Virus record (IMG/VR): IMGVR_UViG_3300027971_004105 | Source of the DNA: a virus | Lineage: Duplodnaviria; Caudoviricetes | Reading direction: 5' to 3' (one strand) | Length of the DNA stretch: 64,000 nt | In this document: positions 37,469 to 47,247 of the stretch, piece by piece | Layout: each line of letters starts with the position of its first letter | Numbering within the stretch: the stretch's first letter is position 1 | The notes under the pieces: generated by a model | What the model was told of the DNA's origin: nothing | What the model saw: only the letters and a program-made list of their open reading frames with translations | Database searches by the model: none | Made by a program: the position numbers and the translations under genes

Positions 37469-38584
37469 ATGACTCTCAAAGGACTTATACCTGGCAGACA
37501 GCAGCCCACACATCCAGCAGACAAACATTGGCAATTTGGTACTGTTATGAATGGCGTTAAAAAGGTTGATCCTTTGTTGCATTATAGTTGCTTTACTTTG
37601 GGATTCGATAGAACAGATATCATTCAATATGTGTGTGATGCTATGAAAAATATCAAACCAGAAATAGCAGAATCTATTGTGCATGCTGAAGATTTAAAAT
37701 TAAACCATGCAAGTTATGAACTCAGCAATAAATTGTTTAAGATGAGTGGCGGATATAGAAGCTTCTTCGCATTGTCAGGCAGTGATGCCAACGAAGGAGC
37801 AATAAAGTTATCTTCTGCCTATCATCATGTGAAGAAAAACAATAACAAAAAACAAGTGATAAGTTTTGAGGGCAGTTATCACGGCAGCACTTTCCTTAAC
37901 AATAATCTTGGAGATCTACTGATGATCAATCCCATGTACAACATGGATAGGTATCATGGTGCAACAAGACTTGCCAGAGATTTTGAAATAGATCAAGTGG
38001 ATTGGACCAAAGTGATGAGTGTGATAGTAGAACCATGTTCATACGGTGGGGACATGACTCCAAACTCAAATGAGTTTTGGCAAAAATTAAAACATGTTCA
38101 ACAAACATTTGATGTGTTGATCATTATGGATGATATTTTTATAGGGGGAGGCAAAACAGGTAATTATTTTGGGTGGAAACACTTGCCCATACAACCTGAT
38201 ATCTGCACCATGGGCAAAGCCATCACAGGTGGATATTTTCCTTTGAGCATTACCATGTACAATGAAAAAATACATCAAACACTGCCCACAAACTTTGATT
38301 GGGATCATGGATACACCTATAATTTTTCTCTGTCAGGCATCAACAGTGCTTTAAAATATATGGACATACTGGAAAAAGAACAGGTATTGAACAACCATCA
38401 AACAATTCAAAACACTGCTGTTAAAACTATTCAAAGCACAGGTTTTGAAATACTGAATCGTTTTGGTTGCCTCTATATGATACGCAAAGGCAATTATAAA
38501 AATTTATATATTGTGCCTTTGAATGCTACTGAAGAATATTTTACTGTGCTTAAACAAAATTTAGAATCATATGAAAATAATTGA
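37469..38584 (+). CDS. class III PLP-dependent aminotransferase
   Basis: LSGSDANE, GSYHG, IVEP, DDIFIGGGKTG, MGKAITGGYFPL (PLP Lys), HGYTY. Confidence 0.9.
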   Translation: MTLKGLIPGRQQPTHPADKHWQFGTVMNGVKKVDPLLHYSCFTLGFDRTDIIQYVCDAMKNIKPEIAESIVHAEDLKLNHASYELSNKLFKMSGGYRSFFALSGSDANEGAIKLSSAYHHVKKNNNKKQVISFEGSYHGSTFLNNNLGDLLMINPMYNMDRYHGATRLARDFEIDQVDWTKVMSVIVEPCSYGGDMTPNSNEFWQKLKHVQQTFDVLIIMDDIFIGGGKTGNYFGWKHLPIQPDICTMGKAITGGYFPLSITMYNEKIHQTLPTNFDWDHGYTYNFSLSGINSALKYMDILEKEQVLNNHQTIQNTAVKTIQSTGFEILNRFGCLYMIRKGNYKNLYIVPLNATEEYFTVLKQNLESYENN

Positions 38585-39125
38585 TAATTTTTTTGACTCT
38601 GCAACGCTATCAGAACTAAAAAAAGCCATTCAAAACGAAATAGCTAACGAAATCAGTGCTATTAAAAAATCCGACCTGAGCACAGAAAAAGATCATGTAG
38701 GATTAGAAAATAGCAATTATTATTTTTTAAATGGTCCTGCTAAAATTATTGTATTAAAAAATTTAGTGGCAAATAAGTTGTTGTCTGCTGAAGTGATGGA
38801 TGATAACGACAGTATGCTACGCTATCATGTCAATAGAGCTCCCTACAATGCTAGATGGCATTTGGATGGATTGTATGCTGAAAAAGATGAATTGGATTAC
38901 ATAGGCATAACAATTTTCTTAAATGATGTTTGGCAAACAAATGACGGAGGATTATTTGTTTACAAAGAAAATAAAAATGATACACAGGGCAAGTTTGTTG
39001 AACCCATAGGTAATAGAGTTATAATTAATTCCAAAGATCTTGATCACGCAGTTACAGCAATAACCAACCAAGAAGTGATTCGATATTCTTTACAGATGTT
39101 TATTAATCACAAATACTTAATATGA
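38571..39125 (+). CDS. 2OG-Fe(II) oxygenase (prolyl-hydroxylase-like)
   Basis: WHLD, FLNDVW..NDGG, DHAV, RYSLQ. Confidence 0.85.
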   Translation: MKIIDNFFDSATLSELKKAIQNEIANEISAIKKSDLSTEKDHVGLENSNYYFLNGPAKIIVLKNLVANKLLSAEVMDDNDSMLRYHVNRAPYNARWHLDGLYAEKDELDYIGITIFLNDVWQTNDGGLFVYKENKNDTQGKFVEPIGNRVIINSKDLDHAVTAITNQEVIRYSLQMFINHKYLI

Positions 39126-40195
39126 TACACACAGAATTTGATCCATTACAAGAAGTAATTGTGGGAGATTGTTATGCTCCTGGAGATATGGATCATTTTT
39201 TACCCAAAGAAAGCATATCAAGTTTCAACAGAATACTGGAAGAAACCAAACAAGACCTTAACAATCTTGCAGATTTTATAAAAAACTCTAACATCAAAGT
39301 GCATAGACCAGAAGTACTAAAATACACAAAATCTATAGAGATGCCTAATTTTAAAGTGAATTTTCCCATGTGCCCCATGGTACCTAGAGATCAATATCTG
39401 ATTTTGGATAGACAAATTATACAAACTTACACCAGCTACACAGATAGATATTTTGATTCGTTGAGTTATGTGAAAATTTTTAATGAATTATTCAAAGAAG
39501 GATACAATTGGATTTCACAGCCTCTGCCCAAACTAATCAACACTCAGATAGATGAAAATTGGTACATATCTGACTCTATCTATCAAGAAAAATTATCAGA
39601 TCAATTGCTATGGCACACAGCTGCCATATTCAAAGCAGGAGATTCTTTGCTGTATAACAGTAGAGGTCCTGGTTCTAGCTTTGGTTTGGAATGGTTCAAA
39701 CGTAATTGTAAGGATTATACACTGATTGAAAACACTGGTGATACTGTGTTTAAAAACTACGGACATATTGATCATGGATTTTTATTAATAGACGATGACA
39801 CAGTAATACATGCTGGCATAGAATGGGTGCCTTTGGCATTAAGAAATAAAAAATTAATAGATGTTAAAAACTACGTTGGCAAAGTTGTGATAGACAACTA
39901 TATCAAAGACTACACTGCCACAGATGGCAGATATTCCAATGCTTGGTTGGAGCAATATCTGGCTAATTGGCGAGGATACACACAAGAAGTTTGTTTTGAT
40001 TTAAACGTATTAATTTTAGATTCAAAAAACATATTGTTTGGCAAACATTTACCTGAACTATTTCAATATTTAAAGACTTTCAACATCAATTGTCATGTGG
40101 TGCCACAACGTCACGAAGTATATTGGGAAGGTGGAACTCATTGCTGCACACTAGATGTTAAAAGAAAAGGTTCAAAAAGAAAGATAATAAATTAA
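39122..40195 (+). CDS. amidinotransferase (glycine/inosamine-phosphate amidinotransferase family)
   Basis: TEFDPLQEVIVG, PRD, GHID, GGTHCCTLDVKR (catalytic Cys). Confidence 0.9.
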   Translation: MIHTEFDPLQEVIVGDCYAPGDMDHFLPKESISSFNRILEETKQDLNNLADFIKNSNIKVHRPEVLKYTKSIEMPNFKVNFPMCPMVPRDQYLILDRQIIQTYTSYTDRYFDSLSYVKIFNELFKEGYNWISQPLPKLINTQIDENWYISDSIYQEKLSDQLLWHTAAIFKAGDSLLYNSRGPGSSFGLEWFKRNCKDYTLIENTGDTVFKNYGHIDHGFLLIDDDTVIHAGIEWVPLALRNKKLIDVKNYVGKVVIDNYIKDYTATDGRYSNAWLEQYLANWRGYTQEVCFDLNVLILDSKNILFGKHLPELFQYLKTFNINCHVVPQRHEVYWEGGTHCCTLDVKRKGSKRKIIN

Positions 40196-40746
40196 ATTTT
40201 TCTTACATCAATAGTGCTGACGTACAAAGGCTCATTCAATACAGTATTAAAAATACGAATGATATCTTGAGTATCACAGAAGGGTTCACTCTGTCTAACT
40301 CCGGTTTTTTCACCATAATTTAAAATTCGTATCAGCACACTTTGAGGTTGAGCACCAAATGGTGTTTTAACACTTAAAAACCTATGCACATTTTCCAAAT
40401 GAGTTTTTTGTTTAATATAATTTAAATCAGCGCCCACTTGTTTTAAAATATCTTCTGATAACTCAGTACCCAATGTACCAAAAGTTACTATTTTGCCTGT
40501 TTTATTTGTTTCACTCCATTTTTTATGAACCATCATCAACAGTTGAATCTGTGCATCACCCACGTGTGCTAGATTGACAAAATGGTCATAACTCGCACTT
40601 TGATCAACCACTCGTTGAATATCTTCCAATTTGTTCAAATTGTATCCAGTGTTTCTAGATATGCCCACAACTTCATGATGATGTTTGAGATGTTCAAACA
40701 ACACAGATCCTATGGGAGAAGTATGTCCGGTCATTAATATTTTCAT
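40192..40746 (-). CDS. short-chain dehydrogenase/reductase-like Rossmann protein
   Basis: ILMTGHTSPIG, FVNLAH, YIKQK (YxxxK). Confidence 0.7.
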   Translation of the reverse strand: MKILMTGHTSPIGSVLFEHLKHHHEVVGISRNTGYNLNKLEDIQRVVDQSASYDHFVNLAHVGDAQIQLLMMVHKKWSETNKTGKIVTFGTLGTELSEDILKQVGADLNYIKQKTHLENVHRFLSVKTPFGAQPQSVLIRILNYGEKTGVRQSEPFCDTQDIIRIFNTVLNEPLYVSTIDVRKI

Positions 40747-41324
40747 AATACTGTGAACCTCACTATCTGTATAAATCTACTGTCCATGCTGCTGCCATGT
40801 CCGTATTCTTCAATTTCAAACATGATAGGATTGACTCCTTGCCAAAAAAATTCTTTTTCTGCACTCAAGGTGGTGCCTGCTTGCACGTTTTGATTGTGTA
40901 TCAGTGTTTCGCCATTCAGTTTAAAATGGAAGTATTCTTGACTGATACCAAATTTGTCATTGAAAGATTGCAATGATTGTGCATCACACAGTGATAAGTT
41001 ATAGGTAAATTTACATGACCACCAGTCTACATCTTTATAAATCAACTCAATTTGAGCTGTGAGTTCTATTTGTTTGTCATCATGCCAACTTTGTTTATTT
41101 TGTAGTACCAATGTGTTATTGTTTTTTTGTAAAACAATTTCAGCGCTTCTGCTTATGCTTTTTTTTTCAGCAGTTTCCTTGCTTAATTCTATGGTATCAA
41201 ACAATACAGAGTTGTTCCATTGCAGTATCAATTGATCCTGTAACTTACCTTCAGCAACCAGTTCATTGGCTACATAAGAAGAACGCATCACTGGAAAATA
41301 ATCAAACTGTAATTTTTTTTTCAT
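40743..41324 (-). CDS. hypothetical protein
   Basis: ATGA coupling on both sides. Confidence 0.65.
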   Translation of the reverse strand: MKKKLQFDYFPVMRSSYVANELVAEGKLQDQLILQWNNSVLFDTIELSKETAEKKSISRSAEIVLQKNNNTLVLQNKQSWHDDKQIELTAQIELIYKDVDWWSCKFTYNLSLCDAQSLQSFNDKFGISQEYFHFKLNGETLIHNQNVQAGTTLSAEKEFFWQGVNPIMFEIEEYGHGSSMDSRFIQIVRFTVL

Positions 41325-42076
41325 TGTTTTAATTGAGCCATTAATTCTTTATTAAAGATACCTTCTATTCTCATAGACCAACTCACTTTGTTGGTATTTT
41401 CCACTCCGCCATGCCAATCATGATTGTTCCAATAGAATGAGCTGCCGGGATTCATGTGTATTTTTTCGTCTCCGTTTTCCACATACAAAGATCTAACATT
41501 CATGGGATCAAACCATATAAAATGCTCTTCTTGTTCATAGGGTTCCATCTGTAAAAAGCAATCTCTGTGTTTGACAGTTTTTAATCCAGAATTTTTCAAC
41601 AATAGTATGATTGGTCCCAATGGTTCAAATGGCAGTTTTTTAGCCCAATCCACCAGTGATGGAAAATACTTGGATTCTTCTGTCCATCTACAGTCATACA
41701 TTGGTTTTTTATTTGCATCATAAGGTAGATATGGAGCGTTAATACATCTATCAAATTCTCTTATCACAAGATAATTCAGTGCTTCGTACACAGGATACTG
41801 ATACATTAACCAGTAATGAAAACCCACCATGTCGGTTTTTTCCAACTCTGCACCGTACTGTTTTAATTTAGGATCTGTTTCTTTATCACGCCAATAATTA
41901 TAGGCTCCTTTAATATCATCCACATATTCTTCATGATTTTCTATGCCGTAGTTCAATCTAATATGTGCGTGAGCTTTGCCTATGCCATAGTGAATATCTT
42001 TTGTGATGTCTTTTAATTGTTGTATATTCACATAAGGATCCATACAGATGTATGGTTTGCCGTAAACACCTTTCAT
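41321..42076 (-). CDS. cupin/2OG-Fe(II) dioxygenase-like protein
   Basis: KHRD and WNNHDWHGG; paralog of 34890-35696. Confidence 0.6.
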   Translation of the reverse strand: MKGVYGKPYICMDPYVNIQQLKDITKDIHYGIGKAHAHIRLNYGIENHEEYVDDIKGAYNYWRDKETDPKLKQYGAELEKTDMVGFHYWLMYQYPVYEALNYLVIREFDRCINAPYLPYDANKKPMYDCRWTEESKYFPSLVDWAKKLPFEPLGPIILLLKNSGLKTVKHRDCFLQMEPYEQEEHFIWFDPMNVRSLYVENGDEKIHMNPGSSFYWNNHDWHGGVENTNKVSWSMRIEGIFNKELMAQLKQ

Positions 42077-42077
42077 A

Positions 42078-42626
42078 TTATCCCCATATGTTAAAAATAT
42101 ATTTGGGCACTAATCCTGCATTGGATCCTGCATGCCATGAAGTGCGTTTGGGCCATTTCCAAGTGGCTCCTGTTTCTTGATTGTACAAACAATGATCTTC
42201 CACAATTAAAACATGTCCTGGTGCTGGTGGACTTATGTGGCAATGAAATCGAACTATTTCTTTTTTGTGTTCTAAAGTTTTTTCATCGTCGGTGATATCC
42301 CAATGCCAAGGTGCTACATCTCCAGGTTTTACTCTACTGATCCAAGCATTGATATAGCTGCTCATTCCCACCCATTCACAAAACTTTTCCGCTATCTTTT
42401 TATCAAAATTTGTGCCTGGTAGGTACATGTCCCAACTGGCATTGCCGCCTTCGTGTTTCATTTTATAGCCAGCTTCACGCAATGGTTTGGCCACTTCTTC
42501 CACTCCTGGCACGTGATGCCCCACATCATGTCTTGGTCCTATATAAGCACTCTGTTGATCTTCAATGCTTTTTATAACACTGTGCCAATCAATCAGATCT
42601 TTGCAGTTACCCACATATTCAAGCAT
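42078..42626 (-). CDS. Asp/Asn beta-hydroxylase-like cupin
   Basis: PGDVAPWHWD, RFHCHI, WHAGSNAG. Confidence 0.65.
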   Translation of the reverse strand: MLEYVGNCKDLIDWHSVIKSIEDQQSAYIGPRHDVGHHVPGVEEVAKPLREAGYKMKHEGGNASWDMYLPGTNFDKKIAEKFCEWVGMSSYINAWISRVKPGDVAPWHWDITDDEKTLEHKKEIVRFHCHISPPAPGHVLIVEDHCLYNQETGATWKWPKRTSWHAGSNAGLVPKYIFNIWG

Positions 42627-43254
42627 TTAAAAAATCTCCTGGCCAATTGCCATAATTCATTTCCACAGTTAATTCATACAATTTAAAAGTGTCATACAAT
42701 TCACCCACAAGACTTTGAGCAAATCTAGGATGAGTGGGATCAAATAATATGGATTTTAACAATTCCTTGGACACATATCTATCTTCGTCACAGGTACAAC
42801 CGTAAAGATCCATTATGCGAACTTTGTTTTTATCATCCAAATAAAATGTGTGTGGATACAGATTGGATTTGTGTATGTTCATTGACAATAAGTCTGACAA
42901 AATGTCTTTGACTTGTTGTTGCCAGTTGGGCACTGCGGATATTTCGCCTGTGTGTATAAGTTTGCTTAGACTACGATCATACCATTTGAATTCAATGGTT
43001 CTATTTCTGTGATCAATGTTTAAGATTTCAGGAGCATATGGTTTATTTTTTAATTTTTCTATATAATTGGTTTCTCTAGCAAACCAATTTTGTCTAAAGT
43101 CATCTGTCATATTGGAATTAACAAAATATTGATTGCTGTTAAAATTCATTTTAAATATATCTTTGTCAGGACTAATCAATGGTTCATACACCATGTTGGC
43201 AATGGCTAATGTGCCCAGTTCATGTTTGTAAAAATTATTCCAATATTTCATCAT
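42619..43254 (-). CDS. protein-kinase-like fold protein
   Basis: ARET, APEILNID, HKSNLYP, IMDLYG (DFG-like). Confidence 0.55.
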   Translation of the reverse strand: MMKYWNNFYKHELGTLAIANMVYEPLISPDKDIFKMNFNSNQYFVNSNMTDDFRQNWFARETNYIEKLKNKPYAPEILNIDHRNRTIEFKWYDRSLSKLIHTGEISAVPNWQQQVKDILSDLLSMNIHKSNLYPHTFYLDDKNKVRIMDLYGCTCDEDRYVSKELLKSILFDPTHPRFAQSLVGELYDTFKLYELTVEMNYGNWPGDFLNA

Positions 43255-43918
43255 ACATAACCTTTATGTTAAATCCACAAGTGTCTACCAGTTTGTTCAC
43301 TTGTGGTAGATGAGTGCGTTCTATTTTAAAACTTATTTCAGTTTCAGAAATTTTTTTAAATTTATTCATACATCCTTGTTTGTTTAATCTATTTAAAACT
43401 ATGGAAAAACTATGATCAAACAAATATCTTAGATTGTATGGAGGATCATTAACTATAATTTTGACCGAACACGGATCTTTTAGTTCTACTTTGTTTAATA
43501 ATTTTCTTACCACAAGTTGAATGCGTGATTTATATCCCAAATTAGCAGCAGAATGTATGCGACCAGCATCCATAAGATACACTGTGTTGTCCACTTCAGT
43601 GGGGTACATTTTTAAATTTTTTAAATCATACAGATAACTGTGTTCACCTTGCAGTGTCAAATGGTATCGGTCATCTATGTCAGCATGAGCACAATAACTT
43701 TCACCTGGCTCTAATACAATTATTCTTGCTTCACCCACAGATCCCAGTTGAGCAAACAGATCCACAATGGCGGGCTTTTTGAATTCATCTTTCAACTGCC
43801 AAGCATCATAGAAAAAATCTCCAGTAGGTTTATTCAATTGAGTTTTTGGTAAATCCAAAATTGGTAAACTGTTAAAAATTTCTTTGGCTGAACATGTGAT
43901 ATTAATTTGGTCAAGCAT
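43235..43918 (-). CDS. Asp/Asn beta-hydroxylase-like cupin
   Basis: LEPGESYCAHADIDDRYH, IHSAAN, RIQLV. Confidence 0.65.
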   Translation of the reverse strand: MLDQINITCSAKEIFNSLPILDLPKTQLNKPTGDFFYDAWQLKDEFKKPAIVDLFAQLGSVGEARIIVLEPGESYCAHADIDDRYHLTLQGEHSYLYDLKNLKMYPTEVDNTVYLMDAGRIHSAANLGYKSRIQLVVRKLLNKVELKDPCSVKIIVNDPPYNLRYLFDHSFSIVLNRLNKQGCMNKFKKISETEISFKIERTHLPQVNKLVDTCGFNIKVMYDEILE

Positions 43919-43922
43919 AGCT

Positions 43923-43968
43923 GTACTTATCGTGAAAAATTATGTGGGCAGTTAATTACGATAAATAC
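43923..43968. promoter_or_regulatory. divergent late promoter pair
   Basis: GTACTTATCGT / ACGATAAATAC inverted repeat (10 of 11); TAAGTA on minus, TAAATA on plus. Confidence 0.65.
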
Positions 43969-43980
43969 TCTGTCCATACT

Positions 43981-45024
43981 ATGTCCAATTTCGAGCAGTC
44001 AAATTTCAGTGATGAATCGTCAGTCAATGCTGGCCAATCATCTGAACAGTTAATCAGGATACAGAGCAACCAAAAAAAAGATAGTTTTAGGATAGAATTA
44101 TTCCTCAGCAACAGATGCAACTACAAGTGCTGGTATTGTTTTCCAGGATCCAATGAAGGCACACATGGTTGGCCTGATCTTGAATTGATCAAAAAGAATC
44201 TTTCCCATCTCATTGAACACTACAAAAAAAATATTGGCAAAAAAGATTTCTATCTGCACCTCATAGGAGGTGAACCCACCATATGGAAAGATTTTGGAGA
44301 ATTTACCAAATATTTTAAAGAACAATTCAACTGTTTGATTAGCATGAGCACCAATGGATCACGCACACTGAGATGGTGGGAAGAATATGGTCATTACAAT
44401 GACATTGTGATGCTGAGCTGTCATCATGAAAGAGTGGACGTGCCACATATTGTTGCTGTGGCAGATCTGTTGTACAAAAAAGGAGTCAGCGTGGATGCCA
44501 ACGTGCTGATGGATCCACATGCTTGGGATAAATGTGTGGCCATAGTGGAGCAGTTAAAATCCAGCCGAAAAAAATGGGCCATAAATGTGTTGGAGATTTA
44601 TCACAGCACAGTGAATTACAATGAAGAACAAAAGAAATATCTCAGTGACTGCAACAAAAGAAATCCATCATTTTTTCAACTGTTCAACTGGAAAAAAAGA
44701 AGGTTTGAAAAATTTAATTCCACTCCCACATTACATTTTAACAATAAGAAAAAGAAAAGAGTATTACAAAATTATCTTTCATTGAACAGTATGAACAATT
44801 TTGAAGGATGGCAGTGCAATGTGGGTGTGGACACCATACAGATCGACAAGCATGGATTAATCAAAGGCTCTTGTGGTAATCGTCTTTATAATTTGAATCG
44901 TTCATTCAATCTATTTAACCATGATTTTACTGATAACTTTTACCCTGATATTGTGCCCACAATTTGTGAAAGAAAACGCTGTACTTGTCAACCCGAAATC
45001 AACTGCAATAAAAAAACTTTATGA
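43981..45024 (+). CDS. radical SAM enzyme with C-terminal SPASM/twitch-like Cys cluster
   Basis: CNYKCWYC, GGEPT, STNG; ATG 43981 lies downstream of the late promoter. Confidence 0.9.
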   Translation: MSNFEQSNFSDESSVNAGQSSEQLIRIQSNQKKDSFRIELFLSNRCNYKCWYCFPGSNEGTHGWPDLELIKKNLSHLIEHYKKNIGKKDFYLHLIGGEPTIWKDFGEFTKYFKEQFNCLISMSTNGSRTLRWWEEYGHYNDIVMLSCHHERVDVPHIVAVADLLYKKGVSVDANVLMDPHAWDKCVAIVEQLKSSRKKWAINVLEIYHSTVNYNEEQKKYLSDCNKRNPSFFQLFNWKKRRFEKFNSTPTLHFNNKKKKRVLQNYLSLNSMNNFEGWQCNVGVDTIQIDKHGLIKGSCGNRLYNLNRSFNLFNHDFTDNFYPDIVPTICERKRCTCQPEINCNKKTL

Positions 45025-45842
45025 GTAACACAGAGCAATTAAAAACAATTTACGAAACCAGTGTGTTCAAAAACATATTGCATCTAGTTGATGATGTGTA
45101 TTTTCCTTTGGCCAGCCAGTGGAAAAACATTGGCGTCAGTGTGAGTGGTGGTGCTGACAGTGCTCTAATGGCATATCTGCTGTGTGATTTGATTGACAAA
45201 AATCAGTTGAATATCACTGTGCATATTATTACCAATGTTAGATGTTGGAAAACCAGACCTTGGCAGCGTCACAACAGTATGGAAGTTTATAACTGGTTGA
45301 CTGATGAATTTAAAAGCATAAAATTCAAAAGACACGAAAATTTTATTGCTCCTGAACTGGAATGGGGATCCAAAGGACCCAGCATTGTGGATGAATATGG
45401 TAGATTAAAGAGTGGCAATCAAATAGAACTGAGAGCACATGCTGAATATGTGGCTCACACAAAAAAATTAGATGCTTGGTACTGTGGAGTGACCAAGAAT
45501 CCCGATAAAGAATTTGATCATCGTCTCACTGACAGAGATGTGTTGCTCGACACATTGTCTGACACAGTGCTGGACAGATTAATCAAAGCACACATGGGCG
45601 GCTATGCTTGTCACCCTTTCACTTATGTGCAGAAAGATTGGATAGTTGCCCAATATAAAAAATTAGGCATAATGGACCTATTTGATCTCACTCGCAGTTG
45701 TGAAGGTGACCGCGACACATCACCTAAAATCTTTGGAGACTTGGACTACAGGACTTATGTGCCAGGCCAGCCCGTGCCCGTGTGTGGAGAATGTTTTTGG
45801 TGTCAAGAGCGACAATGGGGAGTAGACAGTGTCAGACCATAA
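45021..45842 (+). CDS. QueC-like PP-loop ATP pyrophosphatase
   Basis: SVSGGADSA; TRSC...CGECFWCQER. Confidence 0.75.
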   Translation: MSNTEQLKTIYETSVFKNILHLVDDVYFPLASQWKNIGVSVSGGADSALMAYLLCDLIDKNQLNITVHIITNVRCWKTRPWQRHNSMEVYNWLTDEFKSIKFKRHENFIAPELEWGSKGPSIVDEYGRLKSGNQIELRAHAEYVAHTKKLDAWYCGVTKNPDKEFDHRLTDRDVLLDTLSDTVLDRLIKAHMGGYACHPFTYVQKDWIVAQYKKLGIMDLFDLTRSCEGDRDTSPKIFGDLDYRTYVPGQPVPVCGECFWCQERQWGVDSVRP

Positions 45843-47247
45843 CGAATATTGGATGAATCCTGAAGATTCACAACTGGGCAAATGGCAGAGAGAAATAGAA
45901 TCTGTCACAGGCACACCCACCTATTGTATATTGCCTTGGATACATTTTGCCACCAGACCCAATGGTGACATGAGGCTGTGTTGTTCAGCCAATGCCAGTG
46001 GTGCTGGATCAGATCACACAGTGGGTATTATTAAAAAAGAAGATGGCACACCTGCCAACTTTGGAGTGGATACTCCTATGAGTGCTTGGAACAATGATTA
46101 TATGAAAAGTGTGCGTACCACCATGCTGAAAGGTCAGATACCTGCCAGTTGTCGCAAGTGTTTTGATGAAGAACGTGTGGGTGTGGTGAGCAAAAGAATA
46201 TGGGAAACTGGCACGTGGCATCGAGATGGTGTGGATGTGCCTGAACTGATACGTCAAACCCAAGAAGATGGCACAGTGCCTGAAAAATTATTGTATTTGG
46301 ATCTGCGTTTGGGACACACTTGCAATATCAAATGTGTGATGTGTTCTCCACATGACAGCAGCAAATGGGTGAATGATTGGCAACAACTGATGCCACAATT
46401 ACAAAACAAAGAAGTCAAAGATCAAATACAATGGGATCGAAAAGAATTCAACAACTTCTGGCATGAAAAAGATACTTTTTGGCAGGAGATGTATCGTCAA
46501 ATACCCAATCTCAAACAGGTGTATTTTGCTGGTGGTGAACCACTAATGATCAAAGAACACAAAACTTTTATAGAGGAAATCATAAGACAGGGTTATCAAG
46601 ATCGTATATTGTTGCGTTATAATTCCAATGGTATATTAGTGGATGAAGATTTAATCCAGTTATGGAGTAAATTTAAAAAAGTTAAATTTGCTGTGAGCAT
46701 GGATGCCACACATCAGCGTGATGAATACATACGTTTTCCCACACAATGGGCCACAGTGGAAAAGAATTTACACATGTTGGACAATACTCCTGACAACATA
46801 CAAGTGAGTTTAGCCACTGCCATACAAATTTTTAATATCAAACACTTACCTGATTTTATGAAATGGAAAATACAGAGCGGATTTAAAAAATTAAATGTGG
46901 GCACAGTGCCTGGTGGGGTACAAATGGGTGGAGGATTGGTCAACATGCATTTATTATACATACCAACTTTTTTAAGCATACAAATATTGCCCAAAGAAGA
47001 CAAACAACAAATAAGAGAACTGTTTATGGACTTTAAAGATTGGCTGAAGCACAATTATAGACAGGACGATGATTTTTGGAAAACCAATCCTTATGGATGG
47101 AGACGTTGGGAAGCAGTATTGATGCACATGGAAGCCAAAGATAATTCTAGATTGTTGCCAGGCTTTAAAGAATATGTGAACAAATTGGATGCTATCAGAG
47201 GATTGAGTGCTGCTAAAGTTTTTCCTGAGTTAGCACATCTTTTATAG
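45829..47247 (+). CDS. radical SAM enzyme with N-terminal SPASM/twitch domain
   Basis: CILPW...GDMRLCC...CRKC; CNIKCVMC; FAGGEPL; YNSNG. Confidence 0.9.
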   Translation: MSDHNEYWMNPEDSQLGKWQREIESVTGTPTYCILPWIHFATRPNGDMRLCCSANASGAGSDHTVGIIKKEDGTPANFGVDTPMSAWNNDYMKSVRTTMLKGQIPASCRKCFDEERVGVVSKRIWETGTWHRDGVDVPELIRQTQEDGTVPEKLLYLDLRLGHTCNIKCVMCSPHDSSKWVNDWQQLMPQLQNKEVKDQIQWDRKEFNNFWHEKDTFWQEMYRQIPNLKQVYFAGGEPLMIKEHKTFIEEIIRQGYQDRILLRYNSNGILVDEDLIQLWSKFKKVKFAVSMDATHQRDEYIRFPTQWATVEKNLHMLDNTPDNIQVSLATAIQIFNIKHLPDFMKWKIQSGFKKLNVGTVPGGVQMGGGLVNMHLLYIPTFLSIQILPKEDKQQIRELFMDFKDWLKHNYRQDDDFWKTNPYGWRRWEAVLMHMEAKDNSRLLPGFKEYVNKLDAIRGLSAAKVFPELAHLL

